DNA of 63,741 nucleotides, counting the filler, from Olpidium bornovanus S191 (taxonomy: Eukaryota > Fungi > Olpidiomycota): the NCBI GenBank assembly GCA_017911155.1. It is 21 parts of 21 records of this genome, joined end to end, with 100 filler letters (N's around TTAATTAATTAA, not from the genome) between each part and the next. Parts side by side here need not be neighbours in the genome. Positions count along the whole stretch, not along the records: positions 1 to 3,931 come from JAEFCI010011948.1; positions 4,032 to 11,282 come from JAEFCI010009821.1; positions 11,383 to 14,343 come from JAEFCI010001778.1; 18 more parts are not named here. One strand, 5' to 3'. Below the pieces are notes generated by a model that was not told where the DNA came from, did not search any database, and was given only the letters and a program-made list of their open reading frames with translations. The translations under genes and the position numbers were made by a program. Shown here in pieces: positions 1 to 11,383 of the stretch (its first letter is position 1; each line of letters begins with the position of its first letter).

Positions 1-3000
1 TAACAAAGCGAGCTCAGCCTCGAATAACCGCAGCTCGTTGCGCGACCAGGTTTTTGATCGCTTTATGGCGAAAAAGTTTGCGCAGGTGAAAAGATACGGA
101 TTGGAAGGAGCCGAGAGCATGATGGTTGCGTTAGACAGCCTGCTGCGCAGTGCAAACAAAGGTGCGGCTGGTCGACGAAGCGCTAATTGATTTCTCATCT
201 ACCGAGGCTAATTTTCAACTTTTTTTTTTTCGTATTCCAGCCGGTGTTGCGGACGTCGTTCTTGGCATGCCACACAGAGGGCGCCTTAATCTGTTGACCG
301 ATTTGCTGCAGTATGACCCGACCGCGTTATTCTCGAAGATAAAAGGCAACGCCGAATTCCCTGAAAGCCTCGCGGCTAGTGGCGACGTGCTCTCGCATCT
401 TGGTATATGTTGAGGCTGGAAATCCTCGCTCTTGGAACGGTTTTTATGCTTGGCAGCTGACTTCTTTTGCATCGCAGCAAGTTCGCCGACGCTGCATTAC
501 GGCCAGCCGAAACCGCTACGCGTGGCACTTTTGCATAACCCATCTCATTTGGAGGCCGTCAACCCGGTGGCCATGGGAAAGGCGCGGGCGAAGCAGATGT
601 ACCTATTTGACAAGCGTACGGAAACCGACTGCCATCTCGGCGATCGGGTGATGTGCGTACAGCTGCACGGGGATGCTGTGAGTACCACGTTTCACATTCG
701 GGTTCCGGCGGGCACCGTGCGAAATATATGGCTTGCCCGCACTGATTGGGCCGTGGTGGCAAACAGGCTTTTGCGGGGCAAGGAGTCGTCATGGAGTCGC
801 TCGGCCTATCGAACCTCCCGCATTTTACCTCTGGCGGGTCTGTCCACATTATTGTCAACAACCAGATAGGGTACACTACTCCAGCCACCAACGCCAGGTC
901 GACGGCTTACACGACCGACATCGCTAAAATGATCAACGCGCCGATAATCCACGTCAACGGTGACCATCCGGAAGACGTCGCGTGGGCGTCGAAGCTGGCG
1001 TTCGAGTATCGCAATAAGTTCAGGAAGGACGTCGTCTTGGACCTCGTCAGCTTCCGGCGCTGGGGGCACAATGAATTGGACGAGGTTGCATTGTTGCAAA
1101 AACGCATTTTCGTCAAAAGAATTTGACGGTCGTTACGGGACTAATCAGTTGCCTCCGCTCGCAAGCCCTCATTCACCCAACCAAAAATGTACACTATAAT
1201 TCGTTCTCGGAAATCTGTTCCTCTACTTTACGAGGAACGGCTGTTGGTGAGCGGGAATCGGTTTGCTGACTCTCGTCAACAACTCAAAGTTCCTTGTCGT
1301 TCATTCCTTTGTGAGTTAAAAGGGCGAAGGCGTCATCAAAGGTCAAGCGGAAATAGACAATTTTCGACAGGCCTACTTTGATCTCCTTGACGAGAAACTT
1401 AAAGCATCGGATAGTTATGTGCCGAAGGCGTCGCAACTGGAGGGCAAATGGGAAAAAATGACCCTGGCGACCGAAACTATTTCTAAAGCCAACACCGGCG
1501 TGGATGTGCCTTTGCTAAAGGCGATCGGCAAAGCAAGTGTAGCAGTCCCGCCCCAGATGGTACGTGGATTACGACACCTGGGTATTTATTTCGCTCCGAG
1601 AATCTCAATCTCAAGCCAAAAGGCGGCACAATTTTTTGCAGTCCGTCCATCCGCGGCTCGAGAAGGCCCACATTCAAAGCCGCCTGACGAAAATTGCCTC
1701 GGGGAATAAAATCGACTGGGCAACCGGAGAGGCTCTTGCCTGCGGGTCTCTCCTTTTGGAGGGTTACGGAGTGCGGATCTGCGGCCAGGATGTCGGAAGG
1801 GGAACGTTTTCTCAGCGGCACGCCATGCTGGTTGATCAAAAGAACGAGAGCATTATCGTACCTTTGAATAATCTGGCCGCCCAGGTTGGCGCCGAAAGCC
1901 AGGGCTTCCTGGAAGTCACGAACAGCAACCTGTCCGAGCTCGCGGTACTGGGGTTCGAGTACGGAATGAGCATCGAGACCCCTGATGTGCTGAATATTTG
2001 GGAGGCGCAATTTGGCGACTTTTTCAACTCTGCTCAGGTCATTATTGACACGTACGTCGCCAGCGGAGAGAGTGAGTTCGGTTGGGAGTGGAGTTTTGTA
2101 ACTGCGCCTTCGTGCACCCCTCCGCACGTCCGACACGCCGTTTGCTCGTTTGCTTACACACGGACGCCGCTGGTATCGCCCAACTTCCAGCGAAGTGGCT
2201 CCGCCAGTCGGGACTGGTCATGTTGCTGCCGCACGGATTCGACGGCGCCGGCCCGGAGCATTCGTCGTGCCGCGTGGAGCGTTTCCTACAGATGTCTGAC
2301 GACCGGTTCGACGTCGCGAACACGTCGAAGAAGGTCAACGTGAATTGGCACGTCGTCAACCCCACAACGCCCGCGCAATATTTTCATCTTCTCCGAAGGC
2401 AAATGAGGCGCCCTTTCCGGAAGCCGCTGGTGGTTGTCGCTCCGAAGGTCTTACTCCGACTTCCGGTACGTCCTGTCCCTCGAAGTTGCCCTGACCGTCG
2501 CACACACGATCCCGCACACGCAACCGACCGTCCTCCGTTTGGCATGTACTTTCCCGAATCAGGCGGCAGCGTCGGACATTTCGGAAATGGGCCCCGGAAC
2601 AGGTTTTCAGCCTGTCCTAGGCGACAGCACCATCCAGGACTCTTCGAAGTAGGAGCGCCGAACTTTTCCATTCCCGGATTTTTTTTTTTGCCGCGCGCGG
2701 GGGGTTTGGTTCGACGCGATTCCATTTTATTTGTTTTTGTAACCAGGGTCGCGAGGGTCATTTTTCTTTCTGGAAAACTGTACTACGACCTTGCGAAGGA
2801 GCGCGCGGACAGGGGTCTCAACGAGCGCGTTGCGCTCGTGAGGCTGGAGGAGCTTTGCCCGTTCCCGGCGGGGGACGTACAGGCGGAGACATCCAAGTAC
2901 TCAAATGCCAATGGTGGGGTAATCGAGAACCCTGCTCTGCGATTCTCGACACCCCCCCCCCCCTTTCACCCCTCACCCTCCTTCCCGTCTTCCCCTCGCC

Positions 3001-3625
3001 CCGCGCTTTGATTTGTTGTGGGGGAGAACCGTTTAAAGCGGGCGCCGAAACCACCCTACGCACGCTCGCAGTATTCGGGGGAAATGAATGAAGCGCGTCG
3101 TGCTCACTTCGTCCCGTCCCCGGTTTTGCAGATCTCGTATGGTGCCAGGAAGAAACACAAAACGGCGGCGCGTACACGTTTGTCCTGCCGCGGATGGAAC
3201 AGGTACTACCCAACAAGGCGAAGGTAACCAGTTGAGCTTTGGATGGGAGGGGGCGGTGGTGATATTCGAGCAAAAAAGCGCAGGGTTTTGGCCTAATTCG
3301 AACCCCGTCGAACCGTCCCGTCGTTTTGCATTCCCCACAGCTGCGCTACATCGGTCGCGGTCCTCTGGCAGCGCCGGCAACAGGTGTTACGAATTGCTGT
3401 TTTTCTTTCTTTCTTCCTTTCCTTTATATATATATATATATATATATACAGAAAACAAAACAAATGAAGATTGCCGGAAGAAGCGCGAAATTTCACGCGT
3501 GCTATTCCTCCTTCACCACCTAACCCGCAACATCTTCTTCTTCCCTCCGCCTCCGCAATGCAGGCATATCAAAGCGGCACAAAGCCGAGCAAGCAAAGAT
3601 ACTCGCGGATTGTTTCGACTTCTAG
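1..3625 (+). CDS. DHTKD1: 2-oxoadipate/2-oxoglutarate dehydrogenase E1, DHTKD1-type, multi-exon, 5' truncated
   Basis: Spliced exons give [45 protein letters not shown], ThDP motif HGDA|[80 protein letters not shown] and [12 protein letters not shown]. The protein ends [14 protein letters not shown] at 3623-3625. Confidence 0.9.
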
Positions 3626-3931
3626 CCCTCATCCCACTTCGCGCCGAGGCTCAATCGAAATCGGGTCGCGCGAAACTGGCGAGCGGGCAGCATCCGCGGC
3701 CGCATCACGGTCTGCAGGCGGAACCTTTTTAAATATACTTTTTCTTTTTTTTTTTTTTTCCCGGCTCCGAGTCCACTCCACTCTATCCCCGCGGGCAAAT
3801 GTTAAGTCTACATGTCAATGTTTTCGGCCCGTCCGTGAAACCCATACTCAGTGCAGGGATGAAAGCGTGTCGGCGGTGGGCAGGAGTTCAGCGCAGTAGC
3901 AGCGGAGAGTCATTTTCGGGCTGGGTGGAAA

Positions 3932-4031
3932 NNNNNNNNNNNNNNNNNNNNNNNNNNNNNNNNNNNNNNNNNNNNTTAATTAATTAANNNNNNNNNNNNN
4001 NNNNNNNNNNNNNNNNNNNNNNNNNNNNNNN
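3932..4031. other. Artificial contig linker N44-TTAATTAATTAA-N44 (first of 20)
   Basis: Identical 100-bp spacer also at 11283, 14344, 15889, 17873, 21515, 23043, 26073, 27292, 28738, 31439, 34252, 36571, 38405, 40492, 43546, 52346, 57496, 59152 and 62473 (start positions). The core gives stop codons in all six frames. Confidence 0.99.
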
Positions 4032-4144
4032 ACGAATTCGGTGTTGTGCAGCAAAAGAAAGATTAGTCGTAGGCATGTACTAAAGAAGAAAAGCAAATTA
4101 CGAATAAATATCAGCAGAAGTAAAATTCAATAGATCTACCAGCC

Positions 4145-4270
4145 GGGTACGGGTACGGGTACGGGTTTCGCTGAAGCTGCTCGGGTACGGGTACGGGTTC
4201 TTCAAACTGTCACGGGTACAGGTTCGGGTTTAGGCAAAACCCGTACCCGACCCCGCGGGTAGGAACCCTA
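4145..4270 (-). mobile_element. hAT-like transposon/MITE end with (ACGGGT)n subterminal motifs
   Basis: Cluster of CGGGTA/ACCCGT motifs in both orientations ending at ...GGAACCCTA (reverse complement TAGGGTTCC, a TAGGG-type terminus as in hAT TIRs). It lies at a contig start, and a related cluster sits at 28855-28960. Confidence 0.45.
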
Positions 4271-4751
4271 TCTCTCTCGCCCTCTGCGTTTCCCGAGGTC
4301 GGACAGGTGGAGGACGAAGGAACAGCCCGAAAGGAAAACGAAAAGAGGCTTCTTTTGCCGGGGCGCTCCCGTGAGGAGGAAGAGAGAGGCCGCGAAAAAG
4401 CGCGGCGAGGGAAGGGGGAAAAGAGCCTCGCCAAGGAGGCGCCCGCACGTTCCGTGTCCCTTGCTCTCTGCTCCCCCGGCCTCCCGTTTGCGTACGACGG
4501 GGCGTCCCAGGAAGGAGTCTTTTCCCCGCGGGCGAAAAAAAAAAAACAGCCTCCCCCGCCGAAAGGGTAGCGGGGAGCGCGGACGACGACGACAAAAAAA
4601 AATCATACTTGTTTTCGGGGACGAGAGGGACTCGCCCGCTTTCCCCGCCCCCCCCCCCTTCCCCGCCGTCCCGCGCGCGTCCCTTCCCGCCCGCGGGCCG
4701 ACCGACCGAGGAGAAAAAGCGGAGGGGGGGGGGGGGGGGGGGGGGGTTTTC

Positions 4752-4788
<37 letters not shown>

Positions 4789-5499
4789 TGTGCGGGGGCC
4801 GCGTTCAGGCCAACGTGAAGCGCAAAAAGCTGTCGAAGGAGCGGACGAAGCAAAAATATTGCCCTCCGGTTTTGGGATTTCACGGCGGGGTCTCGAGCGG
4901 CTTCCGCGCGCGCCTCGGCTTTGGGAACACAAAAAAAACAAAAATTTTGCAGGGAGGGCCGGGGGGGGGGGCGGCCTGGCGCACCAGTCGCCGCTACTTC
5001 CTTCCTCTCTGCTTCTTCTGTGTTTGGAACTGCGTTATATTTACTACGGTACGCCGTAGACGTACAATGTATATAAGCCGAATCTGGACTCATAGGCTGG
5101 TGGGCGGGTCACACGCGGTTAAAGCAGATCGCCGAAGAGAGGGAGAGAGAGAGAGAGAGAGAGAGAAAAAAAGAAAGAAAAACGGTCCCGCGCGTGCGCC
5201 CGGGGCGGTCGCGCGAGAGCGGACGCGGGCTTGCGCAATCGGGCGGTTTTTTTCGACGCGGCGCTCAGGGAGCGGAGCGGGGGGAGGGCGCCCGCGTCCC
5301 GGCCGCCCGCTTCCCCCTCCCCCCTTTCCTTCCGCGGTTTTGGGGGGGCCCATTGTTTTTTTTTTTTTTTTTTTTTTGTTGTTCCTGTCGGGCAGAGAGC
5401 GCGTCCGAAGGGTAAAAAAGGGGGTGCGGGGTGTGTGTGTGTGTGTGTGGGGGGGACATTGTCGGGCGGGTTGCAATGGGAACCGGCCCAATATATCCG

Positions 5500-5981
5500 C
5501 TCTAGTCTCTCGGTCTCTCAGTCTGTCAGCTATCTCTCTCTGTTATCTCAGCTCTCTCTCTGCTCTCTCTCTCTCTCACTCACTTACTCTCTCTCGCACT
5601 CTCTCTCACTCTCTCTCTGTCTCTTTCGCTCTTTCCCGTTCTCGTTCTCGCTCTCCCATTCGCCCGCTCTTCTTCTTCCCCGTGCCCCTGCCCCCCCCCC
5701 CCTCCTCCTCCCCCCTTTCTTTTCCCCCCCACTCCCGTTTTGACGCGCGCGCACGTGCCGGAAGGGGAGGTCGCGAGGGAAGGAGGAGGAGGAGGAGAAG
5801 CGTCTCTCTCTCTCTCAGTTTCTCATCTCTCTAACTCTCTCAGTTCTCTCTCTGTCTCTCTCTGCTCTCTCTCATCTCTCTCTCTTTCCTCCCTCTCTCT
5901 CCTCTCTCTCGAGGGAGCTCTCTCGAGGAGCTCTCTTTTTCTGCTCTTTCTCTCTCTTTCTGCTCTTTCTCTCTCTCTCTT

Positions 5982-6034
<53 letters not shown>
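5500..6034. repeat. Long (CT)n/polypyrimidine microsatellite tract upstream of the NTPase gene
   Basis: Two blocks of interrupted CT repeats directly visible, with a (GA)n run at about 5137-5166 and (GT)n at about 5430-5448 nearby. Confidence 0.9.
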
Positions 6035-6037
<3 letters not shown>

Positions 6038-6183
6038 GCCCCCGCGGCCGAAAACACCCCCCGCAAACCGGGTCCCGTCCGCCCGCCCGCCCGCCCCGCA
6101 CAGCCCGCGCGGGCGGGGGTGGTTTGTGGTCGCGCGCGCGGGATAGGAGGGGGCGGGGGGGGGGGGGGGAAGGGCGAACTCGC

Positions 6184-7256
6184 ATGGCGCCCGCCGAACA
6201 CAAGCGCCCGCTCAAGTGCTGCCTGTTCCTCACGGGCCCGCCCGGCGTGGGAAAGGTTGGTTCCCATTCCCCCCCCAACTTCCCTTCGACCGACGGGTCG
6301 CGAAGCCCGGGCCCGTTGGCTGACCGCGGTGTGCGGCCTGTTTCCCTCCCCTCCCCTTCCCTTCCCCTTCCCTTCCCCGACCCCGACTCTGATGCGTTTC
6401 TTCCCAGACGCCCCTCCTGCGCGCGGCGCTGCGCAGGCTGGCGGCCGCGCCCGACGCGCCGCTGGTCTTCGGTTTCTACGTGGCCGAAGTCCGCGCCTCC
6501 CCGGCGGGCCCGCGCCTCGGCTACGACGTCCGCGACCTGGCGACCGGCCGCGCCGAGCCGCTGGCCCGCCTGGACGATTCCGCCGAAGCCCGCGGCCCCG
6601 ACTACGGCCCGCGCGTCGGCCGGTACCGCGTGCGCGCCCGCGCGTTCGACGCCTTCGCCACCGCGAGCCTCGGGCCCGCCCCGCACGCGTCCGCCGCCGC
6701 CGCCGCCGCCGCCGCCGCGCGCCCGCCGCCCGCGAAGCTTTTCATCGCCGACGAGGTCGGCGCCTTCGAGTCGCACTCGCCAATGTTCGCCCGCCGCCTG
6801 CGCCAGCTCCTGGACGGCGCCGCCGCCCGCCGCCGGAAGCCGCCCCCGGGCGGCGCCTGCGCCGGCGCCGGCGAACCACTCCGCTGCGCCGCCTTTGCGC
6901 CCCACCTCTCCTTCTCCTCCTCCTCCTCCTCCTCCTCTTTTCCCTCCTCCTCCTCCTCCCACCGGTCGGCGGCGCACGCGTGGTTCTCCACGTCCGCCGC
7001 GGGGACGCCGCCGCCCCCGGCCCGCTCGTGCCTCCTCTTCCGTCCGGAGTCCGAAGACCGCTCCTCGTTCGACGACGGTGGCGTCGTGTTCGGGACCGTC
7101 GCCCTCAAGTCGGGGGGCGCCCTCGCCGGCGAAATCCGCGCCCGGAAGGACGTGTACATCGTCGAGGTCACCCGGGCGAACCGCGACTGCCTCCTGGACC
7201 ACGTCGTAAACGTCCTGCTGCTCATGCTCGCGAACCGGTGGACCTGTTCTTCGTGA
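6184..7256 (+). CDS. NTPCR: NTPase_1 / NTPCR (THEP1-like) P-loop NTPase, 2 exons (intron 6256-6407)
   Basis: MAPAEHKRPLKCCLFLTGPPGVGK|T (Walker A), GFYVAEVR..G.RLGYDV, PRVGRYRV, LFIADEVGAFE (the DEIG.ME-type Walker B) and the C-terminal V.EVTRANRD match the NTPCR family. Confidence 0.85.
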
Positions 7257-7318
7257 CCCGGCGGGCGGCGCTTTTTCGCGGACCACGGGGCGGGCTGCCG
7301 GTTTATCTTTTCTTTCCT

Positions 7319-7372
<54 letters not shown>

Positions 7373-7419
7373 CGCCGCCCCCCCCCCCCCCCCCCGAAAA
7401 CCCAGCTGGCCGCTCTGCT

Positions 7420-8782
7420 TCACATGCGCAACCCGAACAGGGCGCACGCGTTCCGCGTGGAGGCGGCGGCGACCTCGTCCATGACCTCTTCGAGCGAGAG
7501 CCCGGGGCGCGCGGCCGCGTACGACTCGGCGACTTTCTTGAGCACGTAGCCCAGCAGCGCCGGCTCGTTCTGGCGGAACCGCCTGGACACCGGCCGGGGA
7601 ACGTTGCGCGGGATCAGGTAGGGGGCGTCCGTTTCGATCATGATCCTGTCCAGCGGGACGTGCGGCAGGACGCCGCCGAGGCCGGCTCCGCGGCCGGGGC
7701 GCAGGTCGCAGACCCAGCCGGTGATGCCGATCGAGAAGCCGAGCTCGACGAACGCCCGGGCGTGCTCCGGCGCGGGCGACGTGAAGCAGTGCACCACCCC
7801 TTTCCGCCGCAGCCGCAAGGCCCGCTCCGCGAGGAGCCCCCGGAGCTCCTCGTGCGCGGCCCTCTCGTGGAGGAACAGCGGCATGTCGAGCCTGGCCGCC
7901 AGCTCCAGCTGCGCGTCCAGGACGGACTCCTGGTCGGCGCGGGAGCTGAAGTTGCGGCTGGCGCGCCGCGGCCCCCACCCCCGCGGAAAGACGAAAGACG
8001 GGGGCGTCAGCGAACAACGAGGGGAAAACGCCCCGCGGCGGGTCGGGAGCGGACTCTTTTCCGCCAGGGCCGGTCCTGGCGCAGCCTGTCGACCTCGCAG
8101 CAAAGCCCCGGTAAACCAGCAGCGCAAAAGACGCCCTCCCCGCGTCAGGCGAGGGAGCGTTCGTCCGTCACGTCTCGGAAACTCACTCGTAATCCAAGCC
8201 CGTCTCCCCGACCGCCACAACGACGTCGCGGTTGGCGACGATGATGTCTTCGAGGTCTTTCGAAAGCCGCTCGGCGCCGCCCGCCTTCTTCAGAGATTCG
8301 CCAGCGTCGTGCGGGTGCACTCCGACGGTGCATGAGAGCCGCACCCTGTGCGGCCGGGAGGACCCCGCTTCGGCCGCGTTCACGGACCTGCAGAGCTCCA
8401 GCCCCTCCAGGGAGCTTTCGACGCTGGTGCCGGTCACGATTATGTGGCCGACTCCGGCGTCGGACGCTCGCTGCAGCAGCTCGGCCAAGCGATCGCGGAA
8501 CGAGGGGTGAGCGAGGTTCGCGCCGATGTCCACCAGCGGAGTCGGCGGCCGGTGCAGCTGCGACTCGGCCTCCTCCTTCGCCTCCTCCTCCACCTCCTGC
8601 CGCCTTCTCCCCGGCGGGGCCTGCTGCTTCCGCGGCGGGCGGTTCGACAGCGCCCGCGAGCCCTTCGCGCCCTCCGGAACCGCGCGCCGGCGGGCGACGG
8701 CGCGCTCCGCCGCCTCTTCGGCGCCGTCCGGCCCGGCGGGGGGCGCCTCCGGCGCGGCTGCGGCGTCCTCCTCCTTGTGCAT
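7420..8782 (-). CDS. tatD: TatD-family 3'-5' DNase, E. coli TatD-like, 2 exons (intron 7958-8186)
   Basis: LVDIGANL, IIVTGTS, TVGVHPHDA, VAVGETGLDYD|RNFS, PLFLHERAAH, GVVHCFT, IGITGWVCD, ETDAPYLIPR and NEPA. Confidence 0.92.
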
Positions 8783-9334
8783 CGGGCCGTCGGGGCGCTC
8801 GGGCGGGCGAGCCGGAGAGCGGGGGACGCGGTGTTCGCCGCGCTCGACACCAAAAAAAAAGGAAAAAAAAAAAAAAAAAAAAAAAAAACGCGTTCTCGTT
8901 CGCGTCTCCCCCCCTCCCGCCCCGTCCAAAACCGACCCGACAGGCGGCCCCCCCGCCCGCCCCTCCTCGCGAGGCGGAGGAATTGCAATTCGTACGAGGG
9001 GAAGAGGTCATGCGAAAGCCCCCCGGGGTGACGCCGTTCGGCCGCCGAGGAAAACCGACGCCCTTGTCTCCCGCAAGGAGGGGCCAAATCAGGGTAAAAA
9101 CCCCCGGGGGTTTTTTTTTTTTTTCCTTTTTTTTTTTTTTTTTTTTTTTTTTTGTTCCTGTGAAGCAGACTCGCCCGCCCACCCTTCCCTCAAAGACGGG
9201 GCGCGCGCCCGAGGTCTCAGAGACGCGCAACAAGCCGGCGAAATCTTTCTGCCGCTACCTTTGTCTTCTCGCTCTCGGTTCCGTCGGTCGCGGACACGCC
9301 CAGGCTGTCCCCGCGCCCGTTCCGTCCCGCCGCC

Positions 9335-11282
9335 ATGCGCTTCACCCTCCAGACCATACTGACGGCGATACCGCTCGAGGATCAGCAGCACCGTTCGACC
9401 GCTGACGCGCACGAGCAGTACCAGCACCAGCACCAGCGCCACCACCACAGCAACCAGCAGCAGCAGCTCCAGCAGCTCCAGCAGGCGCGGGACCAGGCGC
9501 CGTCCGCGCCCGGCTCGCCGCTGTCGCTTTTCACGTCCCGCGCGGGGGTCGGCGCCTCTGTCGGGGCCAGCCTGGCGCGCAGCTCGTCGAGAGAGAACAT
9601 TGCCAGGGTCGCAGTCGAGGCCGTCGAGGCGTGGGGTACGCCTGCCTTCCGCCCGCGGAAATTTATGCCGGACGCCCCGCGGAACTTAGCGCTGTCCCGG
9701 TGGACCGGGGGGGGCGCGCGCACGGCACGCGTTCGTGCAGCAGAGAGCGGGCGGGCGTCGTCACCTCGTGCTGACGCCGAACGCGGAACCTGTTATTGCA
9801 TCCCTTCGCGGTCGTCGGACAGAAAGTAATCTCTACATAGGCACGTCAGATGGCGTCCTCTTGCACTATCAGCTCGAAACGCAATTGTCGTCGGACAATG
9901 TACGTTTCAAAACGGCATGCGGCACCGAATTTCCCACCTCTGCCCTTGCCGTCCCGACGACTCCCGTTCCCTTCAAATGACAACCACCTCGACTACCTTC
10001 CGACCGACAAGAATAGAGCAAGCCAGAAACCAGGTTTCTGCAGCGGAAGTCCTTGGGACTGGGCCGTAAAGTTGTGCAGCGAACAGTTGTGCTGCCGGCT
10101 GTTGGCAAACTCGCCGTACTGTGTGGTTGGTTTCATTTGTCGGTGGTGGGGGTTCAGTCGCTCCCGAGACAGCATCGCGGAGAAATTCTGTTTCACTGTT
10201 CATCTTTACTCGTTGCACTGGATTTACCAGACTCGACGCTCGCGTTTTATACGCTGCCGGACCTGACGTACATCAACGAAATAACGCCGATCCGCGGAGT
10301 GGTCACTTTCTGTAATGATACTGGGCAGTTCAATAGGAAAGTTCCAGATGTCGGCCTAGTGGCCGTTAAACGACGATCGGTTCAGTTTCTCTCTTTATCG
10401 GACGGCTGCAAGGTGGTGAAGGTACGGCTCCGGCGGAATTGTGGTTGTCATCCGGTCTGTATACCACCACCACGATAGTGTCTCAAAGGGTCGCAACTGC
10501 TCCGAACAACAGGAGATTTCCATCCCAGATGCAGACACGGCAATATGTTGTTACGGGCCTACGATATGCCTCGGTGACAACCAGCAGTACAAACTGATTG
10601 ACGGGCGAACATCGCAGATGGTTCCCTTGCTGCGTATGAACCAGAGCGGCAGCTCGGACCGATCATTGCGGCCAATGATTCTTGCTGTCGGCCCGGACGA
10701 GTTCCTGGTGGCCACGGCGACGGGGGCCGGGTCGTTAGGCATGTTTGTAAACTGTGCCGGCGACGCCATTCGCGGCACGCTGCACTGGTCGAACCACCCT
10801 CGGGCCTTGGGTTTCCAATACCCGTACGTGGCCTCACTGCTCCGCGGTGCCAACAACAACAGCACCATCGAGATACACAGCATCATTGACCAGCAACTTG
10901 TCCAGATTATTCAAATGTCCGCGACGGCGGACGTCCGAATTCTCACGGAGACCTCGGGGTTCAACATGGTCGTACCGGCGCTGGCCGAACTGCTCGGCAC
11001 TGAGGAGGGAGGCGGGAACGTGCCCGTCCGCCTCTTGGTTGCCGGCAGAGACTCCCTGATGGCGCTGATGCTGACTCCCGTGGCCGTCCAAGCTCACCAG
11101 TTCCTCGAAGTGAACCGTGTCGAAGAAGCCCTCGCCCTAGCGGAGCAGGCCGTCGTCGGCATTCCGCCGGAGAGCTTGCGTGCGAGCCCTGTTGTACGTG
11201 TTCGTCATTTTCCCGGACAGTCGGCGGCTGTAGGCCCAGGTCACGTCCTAACAAAACAGGCAAAACATCTGCTAGTGGCGGG
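9335..11282 (+). CDS. CNH-domain vacuolar tethering subunit, TGFBRAP1/Vps3 (Vps39/Vam6 family), 3' truncated
   Basis: MRFTLQTIL..., then AVEAW|ESNLYIGTSDGVLLHY (intron 9636-9822), RPMILAVGPDEFLV, GMFVNCAGDAIRGTLHWSNHP, QYPYV and IEIHSIIDQQLVQII match the TGFBRAP1 CNH domain. Confidence 0.8.
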
Positions 11283-11383
11283 NNNNNNNNNNNNNNNNNN
11301 NNNNNNNNNNNNNNNNNNNNNNNNNNTTAATTAATTAANNNNNNNNNNNNNNNNNNNNNNNNNNNNNNNNNNNNNNNNNNNNC

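Noticed and set aside
3976-3987. Recurrent TTAATTAATTAA as a biological motif (PacI or homing site)
   Set aside because: It is always centred in exactly 44+44 Ns, which makes it a standard six-frame-stop spacer.
4800-5093. Small spliced gene on the minus strand (MSPDSAYIH...)
   Set aside because: It needs an implausibly short 36-nt intron and gives no recognisable product.
4230-6267. Long ORFs such as 4371..5834, 5740..7209, 23238..25268 and 29500..30915
   Set aside because: They are shadow or read-through frames caused by high GC, homopolymers and microsatellites (poly-F, K, R, SL, ER), and they overlap real genes in other frames.
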